Of a DNA stretch of 64,000 bases, positions 9,350 through 19,600 are shown piece by piece. Under the pieces are notes generated by a model. The model was given only the letters and a program-made list of their open reading frames with translations. It ran no database searches and was not told the origin of the DNA. The stretch covers positions 222,024 to 286,023 of the forward strand of contig CAVXTP010000010.1 of NCBI GenBank assembly GCA_963764715.1, written 5' to 3'. Both the position numbers and the translations under genes were made by a program. The first letter of the stretch is position 1. Each line of letters begins with the position of its first letter. Source of the stretch: an uncultured Acidobacteriota bacterium (GTDB lineage: Bacteria; Acidobacteriota; Thermoanaerobaculia; UBA5066; Gp7-AA6).

Positions 9350-11223
9350 GCGTCCTTCGCCCGGGCTCGAAGCTCGGGCGCTTCGAGATCTCGGGGGTGC
9401 TCGGCCAGGGGGCGATGGGCGTGGTCTACCTCGCCCACGACCCGTCGATCGACCGGCCGGTCGCCATCAAGACGATCCGCTCCGAGGCCGCGCGCGACGA
9501 CAACGCCGCCGAGGTCGAGGCGCGGTTCCTCAAGGAGGCCCGGCTGGCGGGCCGGCTGCAGCACGCCAACATCGTGACCGTCTACGACGTCGGCCGCGAC
9601 GGCGACCTCTACTTCATCGCGATGGAGTACGTCGACGGCCGGCCGCTGACGCACTACCTCGCGGCGCCCGACGACCTGTCGCTGTCGGTGCGGGTCGACA
9701 TCATCCGGCAGGCCGCCGAGGCGCTCGGGCACGCGCACGAGCGGGGAGTCGTCCACCGCGACATGAAGCCGGGCAACATCCTCGTCTCGAAGGACGGCCG
9801 CGTGAAGGTCACGGACTTCGGCATCGGGAAGTTCCTCGGGTCCGAGCCGTCGGACCTGACGCGGACGGGCCAGATGATCGGCAGCCCGGCGTACATGTCG
9901 CCCGAACAGGTCCGCGGGGACAAGATCGACGGCCGCTCGGACCTCTTTTCCCTGGGCGTCGTGCTCTACGAGCTGCTGACGGGCAAGCGGCCTTTTCCGG
10001 GCGAGTCGATCACGACCCTCGTCTACCAGATCCTGCACACCGAGCCGAAGAACCCGCGGGACATCAAGGCGAGCCTTCCGGTCTCGACGCAGGAAGTGAT
10101 GCTGCGGCTGCTGGCCAAGCAGCCCGAGAAGCGCCCGGCGACGGCCCACGAGTTCATTCGTGAGCTCAGGCGGATCGAGAAGTTCCAGCGCGAGTCCGAG
10201 ATGACGCGACGCGCCGTCGCCGCGGCCCCTCCGCCTCCCCCCGCGCCGCCGCCCGCCGGTCCGGCCGCCTCGGCCGCGGCGACGACCCCGGGGCCCGCCG
10301 CGCCGCCGCCCCGGCACAGCCGGGTCGGTCTCGCCGGCGTCGTCCTCGCGATCGCCGCCGTCGCGGTCGCGGCCGTGCTCCTGCTCCGGGAGCGGAAATC
10401 CGCGGCCCCGGCGCCCCCGGTCTCGGTGGTGGCCGCGCCGACGGCCGCACCGACCGCCGTGGCCGCGGTGGCCGAGGCGCCGCTCCTTGAGCCGACCGCC
10501 ATCGTCCTGCCGACTCCCGGCCCCGAGGCGGCGGCCGACGCGACGGTCGGCGCGCCCCGGATCGCCGAGACGCCGAAGCCTCGGCCGACCGCGCGTCCGC
10601 GCCCGAGCCCGACGGCGGCCGAGACGAAGGTCGCCGCGGCCCCGGCGCCCCCGCCGGCCGCGCCGGCGAAGCCCGATCGCATCGACGCCGTCTACGAAAC
10701 GCGGGGGAGCGTGCGGTTCACCTCGAGCCCCGAGCAGGCGCGCCTCTACGTCGACGGCCGGTACGTGGGGATCGCCGACGACTGGGACAACCGGGGCGGA
10801 GGCCGCGCGCTCGAGCTCGGAAAGGCGGGACCGCACTACGTCCGCATGGAGCTGCCGGGTTACCGGACGAAGACGCTCCAGATCGACGTGGTCGCGGACG
10901 CCGGCGATTCGATCTCGATCGACGAGGAGCTCGACCGCCACGACCGCGTCCCGTACGAAAAGCTCCCCGCGGTCTACGACCGCACGACCTCCGAGGTCGA
11001 GTTCTCGGTCGATCCGCCGGACGCCGGGATCTCGGAGGAAGGCCGGGCGCTCGGCCCCGCGTCCTCGTTCGGCCCGGCCTCTCCGCTGAAGCTCTCGGGC
11101 CCCGCGGTCCACGACCTCATGCTCTCCGCTCCCGGCCACAAGCCCAAGCTCGTGCGTATCCTCGTCGCCCCCAACGCCGGCAACGACCGGGCGAAAGTCG
11201 CCGAGAAACTCAAACCACAGTAA
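9346..11223 (+). CDS. Membrane-anchored Hanks-type Ser/Thr kinase with Pro/Ala linker and C-terminal PEGA-like domains
   Basis: GQGAMG, VAIK, HRDMKPGN, DFG, YMSPEQ; TM segment (LAGVVLAIAAVAVAAVLLL); SSPEQARLYVDG...PGY. ATG overlaps the upstream TGA. Confidence 0.92.
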   Translation: MSVLRPGSKLGRFEISGVLGQGAMGVVYLAHDPSIDRPVAIKTIRSEAARDDNAAEVEARFLKEARLAGRLQHANIVTVYDVGRDGDLYFIAMEYVDGRPLTHYLAAPDDLSLSVRVDIIRQAAEALGHAHERGVVHRDMKPGNILVSKDGRVKVTDFGIGKFLGSEPSDLTRTGQMIGSPAYMSPEQVRGDKIDGRSDLFSLGVVLYELLTGKRPFPGESITTLVYQILHTEPKNPRDIKASLPVSTQEVMLRLLAKQPEKRPATAHEFIRELRRIEKFQRESEMTRRAVAAAPPPPPAPPPAGPAASAAATTPGPAAPPPRHSRVGLAGVVLAIAAVAVAAVLLLRERKSAAPAPPVSVVAAPTAAPTAVAAVAEAPLLEPTAIVLPTPGPEAAADATVGAPRIAETPKPRPTARPRPSPTAAETKVAAAPAPPPAAPAKPDRIDAVYETRGSVRFTSSPEQARLYVDGRYVGIADDWDNRGGGRALELGKAGPHYVRMELPGYRTKTLQIDVVADAGDSISIDEELDRHDRVPYEKLPAVYDRTTSEVEFSVDPPDAGISEEGRALGPASSFGPASPLKLSGPAVHDLMLSAPGHKPKLVRILVAPNAGNDRAKVAEKLKPQ

Positions 11224-11235
11224 TTCTGTTCGGCA

Positions 11236-11398
11236 CGCGGCGCGCGGAGTCTCCGCGAAGTAACCGAGCGGAGGAGCCGCGCGCCGCGGGAGCGAAGGCG
11301 CCGCCAAAGACCAGTCGCGCGGTCGAGCCCGCATCCGGGCGAGCCGCGCGACGGTGCGCCCGAAGGGCGCAGGTCTTTGGCGGCGCCGAAGCGACGGT
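11236..11398. repeat. Multi-hairpin palindromic intergenic element, copy A
   Basis: Perfect 16-bp stem 11297-11312/11372-11387, a 12-bp first stem and nested hairpins; same architecture as 61577-61788. Confidence 0.75.
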
Positions 11399-12960
11399 TA
11401 CCCGGGCCCGGCGAGGACGCGCCAGTTCGCCAGCCGCTCCGCCGTCTCAACGGCCCGGCGCGCCGCGAGGCGGCAGAGCAGCGCCGAGAGGTCCGCGCAG
11501 CCCTCCGGATCTGACGCCTCGAGCGCCTCGAACCGCGCGCGCGGCAGCTCGAGCACGACGGCGTCCTCGTGCGCTCGGGCGTCGGCCGAGCGGCCGGAGC
11601 CCGGATCGAGAAGCGCCATCTCGCCGAAGATCTCGCCCGCGTCGAGGAAGGCGAAGGCTTCTTCGCCGCCCGAGATCTGGCGGGAGATGCGCACCCGGCC
11701 GCGCGCGATGACGTAGATCGCGTCCCCGGCGTCGCCCTCCCGGAAGATCACGGTCTCCGCGGGAAAGATCTTCTCGTCGGCGAAGACGGCGAAGAGAAAG
11801 CGGTCCGACTCGGTCAACCCGACGGTGGTCAGGGAGCGCGACCGGTCTTCGAGCGAGAGGGAGTCCGAGGCCTCGACCGGGGCGCCGCGGCCCCCCGTCC
11901 TTCCGGCCGGCCCCCGGTCGTTCGGGAAGAACTGGCGGAAGAGGTCGTTCAACCGCGCCAGCCGCCGCGCCAGCCGCGTCCGCAGGTAGCGCAGCCACAC
12001 GGCGCGGTCCGGATCCGAGGAGAAGAAGTCGATCGTGAAGCCGAGGAGCGTCACCGGGCCCCGCGCCCGCGCGTCGCAGGTCCGGGGAGACCCGACGAGG
12101 GCCTCCTCGCCGACGAGGTCGCCGGCCTGCGCCTCGCCCATCGGCTGGTCGCCGACGGGGGTCGGCCGTACGAGATCGATCGTTCCCTGCACGACGAACG
12201 AGATCTCGCTCGCCGCGTCGCCCGCGCGGTAGAGCGAGCTCCCGGTCGGGAGGCGCCGCATCTCGCCCGCGGCCGCGGCGGCGAAGAGGGCCCCCTCGCC
12301 GAGGCCCTGGAGGACGGGCATTTCGGCGAGCCGGCGCGCCCGATCGAGCGCGCCCTCGGTCGAGCCGGCGCTGCGCCGGATGAGGGAGCGCAGCAGCTCG
12401 GCGGAACGGTCCGGCACGACGACTCCCGGGGCGCGAGCCGCGGCCTCGTTCGCGAGCCGCGTGCGCGACGCGGCCACCGCCTCGGGCCAGCTCGGGATCT
12501 CCTTCGGAGCGAGGGCCCGGGCGGCGCGCAGGAACCGCCGGTCGGCGGCGTCGGGCAGGCCGTCGGGCCGCAGGAGCGAGGCCTCGAGGAGGTCCCCGAC
12601 GGCCTCGGCGAAGCGCTTCTCGAGAAACCCCAGGCGGCCGCGCGCCGACGCGATGCGCGGGTCGAACGGGTCGCGGCGCCGGGCCTCGTCGAGCAGGCGC
12701 CGGGCCTCTCGGAAGTCGTGGGCCTCGAGAAGCAGCCGCGCGACGAGCACCGGATCGTTGCCGTCGAGGGCATAGGGCCGCCCCTGGTCGATCTGCCCGG
12801 TGGAGATGAGGAGGCGCGCGAGCGACGCCGACGAGGCGGCGCGGTCCTGGGCCTCGAGGGTCTCGGCGAGCCGGAAGAGCATGTCGGCCTCGGCCGACAG
12901 CCCGGCCGCTTCGCAGTTGCGCGCCGCGGCGCGCGCCCGCTCCGCGGGCGAGCCGGTCAC
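11398..12960 (-). CDS. TPR-like repeat protein with two cyclic-nucleotide-binding domains
   Basis: Two phosphate-binding cassettes (GDLVGEEALVGSPRTCDARA; GEIFGEMALLDPGSGRSADARA) and IFREGDAGDAIYVI. Start placed at GTG 12960; the upstream part of the track ORF is antisense to gcvT. Confidence 0.8.
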   Translation of the reverse strand: MTGSPAERARAAARNCEAAGLSAEADMLFRLAETLEAQDRAASSASLARLLISTGQIDQGRPYALDGNDPVLVARLLLEAHDFREARRLLDEARRRDPFDPRIASARGRLGFLEKRFAEAVGDLLEASLLRPDGLPDAADRRFLRAARALAPKEIPSWPEAVAASRTRLANEAAARAPGVVVPDRSAELLRSLIRRSAGSTEGALDRARRLAEMPVLQGLGEGALFAAAAAGEMRRLPTGSSLYRAGDAASEISFVVQGTIDLVRPTPVGDQPMGEAQAGDLVGEEALVGSPRTCDARARGPVTLLGFTIDFFSSDPDRAVWLRYLRTRLARRLARLNDLFRQFFPNDRGPAGRTGGRGAPVEASDSLSLEDRSRSLTTVGLTESDRFLFAVFADEKIFPAETVIFREGDAGDAIYVIARGRVRISRQISGGEEAFAFLDAGEIFGEMALLDPGSGRSADARAHEDAVVLELPRARFEALEASDPEGCADLSALLCRLAARRAVETAERLANWRVLAGPG

Positions 12961-13083
12961 GGCTCTCCGAACCCGGACGAACCCATCGTCCCCCCGAAAA
13001 ATCTCGGCGGATTCTATCCGCCCGGAGGCCGGGTCGACCGAATCTCCCGGCCCCGCATCCGTTGTGCTAGTTTCCCTCCCTGC

Positions 13084-14198
<1,115 letters not shown>

Positions 14199-14199
<1 letters not shown>

Positions 14200-14585
14200 T
14201 GGACGACCTGCATTACAGCGAAAGCCACGAGTGGGTGCGCGTGGACGGCGACACCGGCACGATCGGGATCACCGACCATGCGCAGAAGCAGCTCGGCGAG
14301 ATCGTTTACCTGGAGCTTCCCGAGGCGGGCCACGTCTACAACGCCAACGACGAATTCGGGACCGTCGAGTCGGTCAAGGCCGTCTCGGAGCTCTTCATCC
14401 CGGTCTCGGGCGAGGTGGTCGAGATCAACAAGGCCGCGGTGGCCGAGCCCGGCATCATCAACGACGACCCGCAGGGCGACGGCTGGCTGATCAAGGTCAA
14501 GCTGTCGACGGACGAGGAGATCGGGAAGCTCATGTCCGCGGACGCCTACGCGAAGTACGTCCGCGAGGAGGAGCAGGAGAAGTGA
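14199..14585 (+). CDS. gcvH: Glycine cleavage system H protein
   Basis: HEWVRV, GITDHAQKQLG and lipoyl motif VESVKAVSE; TGATG coupling to gcvT. Confidence 0.97.
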
Positions 14586-15925
14586 AGTTCCTGCCGGCCT
14601 CCGACGCCGAGCGGCGGGAGATGCTGGCCGCGATCGGCGTCTCCTCCGTCGACGATCTCTTCGCGACCGTGCCGGCCGCGGTGCGGCAGGCCCCGGACCT
14701 GCCCGACCCGCTCTCCGAGATCGAGATCCGCCGCTTCCTCGGGGGGCTCGCGGCCCGTAACGCCAGCGCCCGGGACACGGCCTTTTTCCTGGGCGGCGGC
14801 GTCTACAACCACTACGTCTCGGCGATCGCCGACCAGATGCTCTACCGGGCCGAGTGGCTGACCGCGTACACGCCCTACCAACCCGAGGTCTCGCAGGGGA
14901 CGCTGCAGTCGATCTTCGAGTTCCAGACCCACGTCTGCCTGCTGACGGGCCTCGAGGTCGCCAACGCGTCGCTCTACGAGGGGGCCTCCGCCCTCGTCGA
15001 GGCGCTCCTCATGGCCGAGCGCCTTTCGAAGGGAAAGAAGCGCGCCGTGCTGTCGGCCGGGATCCACCCGGAATACCGCGAGACGGTCGAGAGCTACTTC
15101 GCGAACCTCGGGCTCGACGTCGTCGAGGTTCCGGTCGGCGCCGACGGGGCGACCGACGCGCGGGCCCTCGCCGCGGCCGCCGACGCGACCACGTTCGCCG
15201 TCGCCGTCCAGTCGCCCAACGTCTACGGGATCGTCGAGGACTGGAACGTCGGATCGGCCGTGGCGCGCCAGGCCGGCGCCCTCTCGGTCGCCGTGGTCGC
15301 CGAGGCGGCGTCGCTGGCGTTTCTCGCTCCGCCGGGAGAGGGCGGCGCCGACATCGCCTGCGGCGAGCTGCAGGCGCTCGGCGTGCCGATGCACCTCGGC
15401 GGCCCGCTCCTCGGCTTCATGGCCTGCCGGTCGGAGCACCAGCGGCAGATTCCGGGACGCCTCGTCGGCCAGACCCAGGACGCCGACGGCCGGCGCGCCT
15501 TCTGCCTGACGCTCTCGACGCGCGAGCAGCACATCCGCCGGGAGAAGGCCACCTCCAACATCTGCACGAACCAGGGGCTCATGGCCCTCGCCTCGAACAT
15601 CCACATGTCCCTGCTCGGGAAGAAGGGCCTGCGGGAGGTCGCCGCGCAGAGCCACGCGAAGGCCGAGTACCTGAAGGCCGCGATCGCGAAGGTCCCGGGC
15701 TTCGGCATCCCGCTGTCGGGCCCGACGTTCAACGAGTTCGTCGTCGAGGCGCCGGAGGACGCGGCGGCGCTGCTCGACCGGCTCGCCCAACGCCGGATTC
15801 TCGGCGGGATACCGCTCTCGCGGTGGGGCGGCGACCGGCGGCGGTTCCTCGTCGCCGTCACGGAAATGAACACGCGGGCCGAGATGGACGGCTTCGTCGC
15901 GGCCCTCGCCGGGAGGGCGCCGTGA
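14582..15925 (+). CDS. gcvPA: Glycine dehydrogenase subunit 1
   Basis: TAYTPYQPEVSQG, NASLYEG, REQHIRREKATSNICTNQ. Confidence 0.97.
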   Translation: MKFLPASDAERREMLAAIGVSSVDDLFATVPAAVRQAPDLPDPLSEIEIRRFLGGLAARNASARDTAFFLGGGVYNHYVSAIADQMLYRAEWLTAYTPYQPEVSQGTLQSIFEFQTHVCLLTGLEVANASLYEGASALVEALLMAERLSKGKKRAVLSAGIHPEYRETVESYFANLGLDVVEVPVGADGATDARALAAAADATTFAVAVQSPNVYGIVEDWNVGSAVARQAGALSVAVVAEAASLAFLAPPGEGGADIACGELQALGVPMHLGGPLLGFMACRSEHQRQIPGRLVGQTQDADGRRAFCLTLSTREQHIRREKATSNICTNQGLMALASNIHMSLLGKKGLREVAAQSHAKAEYLKAAIAKVPGFGIPLSGPTFNEFVVEAPEDAAALLDRLAQRRILGGIPLSRWGGDRRRFLVAVTEMNTRAEMDGFVAALAGRAP

Positions 15926-17424
15926 GCCTGGAGATCGAAGAGAAAGCGGCCGCCACCGTTTCTCCCCGGCCCGAGCCGCGGCCCGAGCCGCTCGTGTTCG
16001 AGCGGTCGGGCGAAGGAAAGGTCGGCTACAGCCTGCCGGCGCTCGACGTGCCCGAAGCCAACGCCATCCCGGAGCGGCTGCGCCGGGGGGAGGTCGCGGG
16101 CGAGACGGAGATCACCGAGGTCGAGGTCGCCCGGCACTTCACGCGGCTCTCGCGCCTGAACTTCTCGATCGACCAGGGCCTCTACCCGCTGGGCTCGTGC
16201 ACGATGAAGCACAACCCGCGCACCAACGAGGAAATGGCGCGGCTGCCGGGCTTCGCGGCCGCCCACCCCCTGGCGCCGGAGTCGGTGTCGCAGGGTTCCC
16301 TGGAGCTCGCATGGCGGCTCGAGCGCATCCTGGCGGAGCTGACGGGGCTCTCCCGCGTGACCCTGCAGCCGTCGGCCGGCGCGCAGGGCGAGCTCGCCGG
16401 GATCCTCATGGTGCGGCGCGCCCTCGAGAAGGCGGGCCGCGCGCGGACGACCGTCCTCATCCCCGACTCGGCGCACGGCACCAACCCGGCCTCGGCCCAC
16501 TTCGCCGGCTACAAGGTCAAGGAGCTCAAGTCCAACGCCCACGGCACGATCGATCTCGGGGCCCTCGAGGCCGCCATGACCGAGGACGTCGCGGCGCTGA
16601 TGTTGACGGTGCCCAACACGCTCGGCGTCTTCGAGGACCGGATCCTCGACATCGCCTCGATCGTCCACGCCAGGGGCGGGTACCTCTACTGCGACGGCGC
16701 GAACTTCAACGCGTTCGTCGGCATCGCGAAGCCGGGGCTCATGGGCGTCGACGTGATGCACATGAACCTCCACAAGACCTTCTCGACGCCGCACGGCGGG
16801 GGAGGGCCGGGCTCGGGGCCAGTGGCCGTCGGCGCGAGCCTCGTCCCGTTCCTGCCGCGCCCGACGGTCGAGCGGCGCGAGGACGGGACGTATTTCCTGG
16901 ACTTCGACCGGCCCGATTCGATCGGCCGCCTGCGGACTTTCCTCGGCAACTTCGGCATGTTCGTGCGCGCGCTCTCGTACATCGCCGCCTACGGCAACCG
17001 CATCGGCGAGGTGGCCCGCGGCGCCGTCCTGAACGCGAACTACCTGCGGGCCGGGCTCTCCGACGTGTACCACCTCAAGTACGACGCGCCGTCCATGCAC
17101 GAGGTGGTGCTCTCGGACAAGAAGCAGGTTGAGCTCGGCGTGTCGAACATGGACATCGCCAAGCGGCTCATGGACTACGGCTTCCATCCCCCGACGGTGT
17201 CGTTCCCGCTCATCGTCCACGGGGCCCTCATGATCGAGCCCACCGAGACCGAGGGAAAGCCCGGGCTCGACGCCTTCATCCGGGCGATGCGCGAGATCGC
17301 GCGCGAGTGCGCCGAGGCGCCCGACGTCGTCCACGGCGCGCCCCACACGACGCCGGTCCGGCGGGTCGACGAGGTCGGCGCGGCCAAGAAGCTCGTTCTG
17401 CGCTGGAGGCCGGAAAACCGGTAA
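15922..17424 (+). CDS. gcvPB: Glycine dehydrogenase subunit 2
   Basis: PLGSCTMKHNP, SAHGTNPASA, HMNLHKTFSTPHGGGGPG, EPTETE. Confidence 0.97.
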   Translation: MSLEIEEKAAATVSPRPEPRPEPLVFERSGEGKVGYSLPALDVPEANAIPERLRRGEVAGETEITEVEVARHFTRLSRLNFSIDQGLYPLGSCTMKHNPRTNEEMARLPGFAAAHPLAPESVSQGSLELAWRLERILAELTGLSRVTLQPSAGAQGELAGILMVRRALEKAGRARTTVLIPDSAHGTNPASAHFAGYKVKELKSNAHGTIDLGALEAAMTEDVAALMLTVPNTLGVFEDRILDIASIVHARGGYLYCDGANFNAFVGIAKPGLMGVDVMHMNLHKTFSTPHGGGGPGSGPVAVGASLVPFLPRPTVERREDGTYFLDFDRPDSIGRLRTFLGNFGMFVRALSYIAAYGNRIGEVARGAVLNANYLRAGLSDVYHLKYDAPSMHEVVLSDKKQVELGVSNMDIAKRLMDYGFHPPTVSFPLIVHGALMIEPTETEGKPGLDAFIRAMREIARECAEAPDVVHGAPHTTPVRRVDEVGAAKKLVLRWRPENR

Positions 17425-17501
17425 GCAGTCTGCAGTAAGCGGCAAGCAGGAGAACGTCGGCCGCCGGTCTGATTGCTTACTGCTTACCGCTTACCGCTTA
17501 C
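17421..17501. repeat. Inverted tandem heptamer array forming a long hairpin
   Basis: GTAAGCA-GTCTGCA-GTAAGCG-GCAAGCA (17421-17448) opposite TGCTTAC-TGCTTAC-CGCTTAC-CGCTTAC (17474-17501). Confidence 0.85.
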
Positions 17502-17531
17502 TCCCCTGATATCCTCCCTCCCCGGACCGCC

Positions 17532-17810
17532 ATGAGCAGCGACGCCTTCCATCGCAAGTGCCCGCTCTGCGGGGGGGAGATGCTCCGCTCCCGGTCCAAC
17601 ACCTCGGGCTACACCTCGTACTTCTGGAAGAAGCCCTGGAAGACCGGCCTCTTTTCGTGGGGCGTCGAGAAGGTGTTTCCCTGGGCGTGCATGGGCTGCG
17701 GCGTCGTCCTCTTCTACCTCGACCGCCTGCCGGCCGTGGCCGAGGAGTACCGGGGCTCGCGCGACCCGGGCCGCGCGCCCGACGGCTACCCCGCGACGAT
17801 CAAGCCTTGA
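17532..17810 (+). CDS. Small zinc-ribbon protein
   Basis: CPLCGGEM and CMGCGVVLFY Cys pairs; 92 aa. Confidence 0.75.
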   Translation: MSSDAFHRKCPLCGGEMLRSRSNTSGYTSYFWKKPWKTGLFSWGVEKVFPWACMGCGVVLFYLDRLPAVAEEYRGSRDPGRAPDGYPATIKP

Positions 17811-19600
17811 TCGCGATCGGCTACCTGGACGGGAACCGCCTCTCGCGCGCGGTGATCGCCGGCGCGCACTTCGTCGCCGAGCGCGCCGAGGCCCTCAACA
17901 AGATCAACGTGTTCCCGGTGCCCGACGGCGACACGGGGACCAACGTGGCCTCGACGCTGCAGAAGGTCGCGGCCGGGATCTCGCGCATCCGCCAGCGGCA
18001 CATCCGGGAAATGTCGAAGACCCTGGCGGATTCGGCGATCGGCGGCGCGCGCGGCAATTCGGGCGCCATTCTCGCGCAGTTCTTCTGCGGTTTCTCCGAG
18101 GGCCTGCCCGACGCGCCGCGGATCACGACGGGCGCATTCGGGTCGGCCGTCGTCCGCGCCGCCGAGTCGGCCTACAGCGCGATCGCCCGTCCGGTCGAGG
18201 GGACGATCCTGACCGTGATCCGCGACTGGGCCCGCCATGTCGCCGACCGCGCGGCCGAGGTGCGGGACTTCGGCATCCTGCTCCCCGAGTCGCTCAAGGT
18301 CGCGAAGACCTCGCTCGAGAACACGCCCAAGCAGATGAAGGCCCTGCAGAAGGCGGGCGTGGTCGACGCCGGCGCGCAGAGCTTCGTCTATCTCCTCGAG
18401 GGGATCGTCGCGTACCTGCGGGAGGCGGCCCGGTTCGCTCCGCCGCCGGTCGAGCCGGAGGAGGTCCGGGCCGCCGTCTTCGACAAGACGCCGGAGTCGA
18501 TTCTCTTCCGTTACTGCACGGAGGCGCTCCTCGAGGGCGACGCGATCGACCGCGACGCCATCCGCCGCGAGGTCGCGCTGTTGGGCGACTCGCTCGTGCT
18601 CGCCGGGGGCGCCTCCCGCGTGCGTCTCCACGTCCACACCAACGAGCCCGAAAAGCTCTTCGCCGTCGCGGCGCGGTTCGCCGACGTCGCGCAGACGAAG
18701 GTCGAGGACATGCGGGCGCAGCACGAGTCCCGCTTCGACCAGAACCGCGCTGCCCGGGTCGGGATCGTGACCGACTCGACCTGCGACCTGCCGGCGGCCC
18801 TGCTCGAGGACTTCGGCGTCGGCATCGTTCCGGTGCGCGTCTTCTTCGGCTCCGAGAACTACCTCGACAAGGTCACGATCAGCCCGTCCGAGTTCTATGC
18901 CCGCTTCTCCGTGACGGACGAGGCCCCCAAGACCTCGCAGCCCCCGCCCGCCGACTTCACCCAGGTCTACGAGAACGTCGCGGCGCACGCCGGCTCCATC
19001 GTGTCGATCCACCTCTCGGCCGGCGTCTCGGGCACGTACCAGGCGGCGAAGGTCGGAGCCCGCCCGGTCGGGAAGACGAACATCGTGCACGTCGACAGCC
19101 GCACCGTCTCGGTCGGCCTCGGCCTCGTCGTCCGCGCCGCCGCCGAGGCCGCTGCTGCCGGCCGGAGCGCGGAGGAAGTCGTGCAGGTCGCCCTCGACAC
19201 GGCGGACCGCGTGCGCACCTTCGTCGCCGTACCGACGCTGAAGCACCTGGTGCGGGGCGGCCGCGTCTCGCCCCTGAAGGGCATGGTCGCGAAGCTGCTG
19301 GGGCTTCTTCCCGTGCTGACGATGTCGCGCGAGGGCGTGGCCGTCCCGGCGGGCAAGGCGCGCGGGTACGAAGCGGCGCGCCGGAAGATGATGGCGCTCG
19401 TCTTCGACGAAGCCGGGGAGCGCGTCAGCGCGTCCCGCCGGTTCGGCGTCGCGCACTGCGACGCCGAGGACGCGGCCGAGGAGGTCGCGCGCGAGATCCG
19501 GGCCCACTACCCCGAGTCCGACGTGATGATCGTCGAGTGCGGACCGGCGCTCGGCGCCCACGGGGGCCCCGGGGCGCTCGCCGTGGCGGTGTTGCCGTAG
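17807..19600 (+). CDS. DAK2 (FakA-like) / DegV (FakB-like) fusion, fatty acid kinase family
   Basis: LNKINVFPVPDGDTGTN, GARGNSGAILAQ, PVEGTILTV, GVVDAG, HVHTN; then IVTDSTCDL, PKTSQP, SGTY, GGR, HGGPG. TTG start overlaps the upstream stop. Confidence 0.92.
   Translation: MIAIGYLDGNRLSRAVIAGAHFVAERAEALNKINVFPVPDGDTGTNVASTLQKVAAGISRIRQRHIREMSKTLADSAIGGARGNSGAILAQFFCGFSEGLPDAPRITTGAFGSAVVRAAESAYSAIARPVEGTILTVIRDWARHVADRAAEVRDFGILLPESLKVAKTSLENTPKQMKALQKAGVVDAGAQSFVYLLEGIVAYLREAARFAPPPVEPEEVRAAVFDKTPESILFRYCTEALLEGDAIDRDAIRREVALLGDSLVLAGGASRVRLHVHTNEPEKLFAVAARFADVAQTKVEDMRAQHESRFDQNRAARVGIVTDSTCDLPAALLEDFGVGIVPVRVFFGSENYLDKVTISPSEFYARFSVTDEAPKTSQPPPADFTQVYENVAAHAGSIVSIHLSAGVSGTYQAAKVGARPVGKTNIVHVDSRTVSVGLGLVVRAAAEAAAAGRSAEEVVQVALDTADRVRTFVAVPTLKHLVRGGRVSPLKGMVAKLLGLLPVLTMSREGVAVPAGKARGYEAARRKMMALVFDEAGERVSASRRFGVAHCDAEDAAEEVAREIRAHYPESDVMIVECGPALGAHGGPGALAVAVLP

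Noticed and set aside
12961-13083. Glycine riboswitch upstream of gcvT
   Set aside because: The 123-bp divergent spacer is occupied by two promoter-like sequences and lacks the glycine aptamer consensus.
17421-17501. CRISPR array
   Set aside because: Units are 7 bp, contiguous and inverted, with no spacers and no cas genes.
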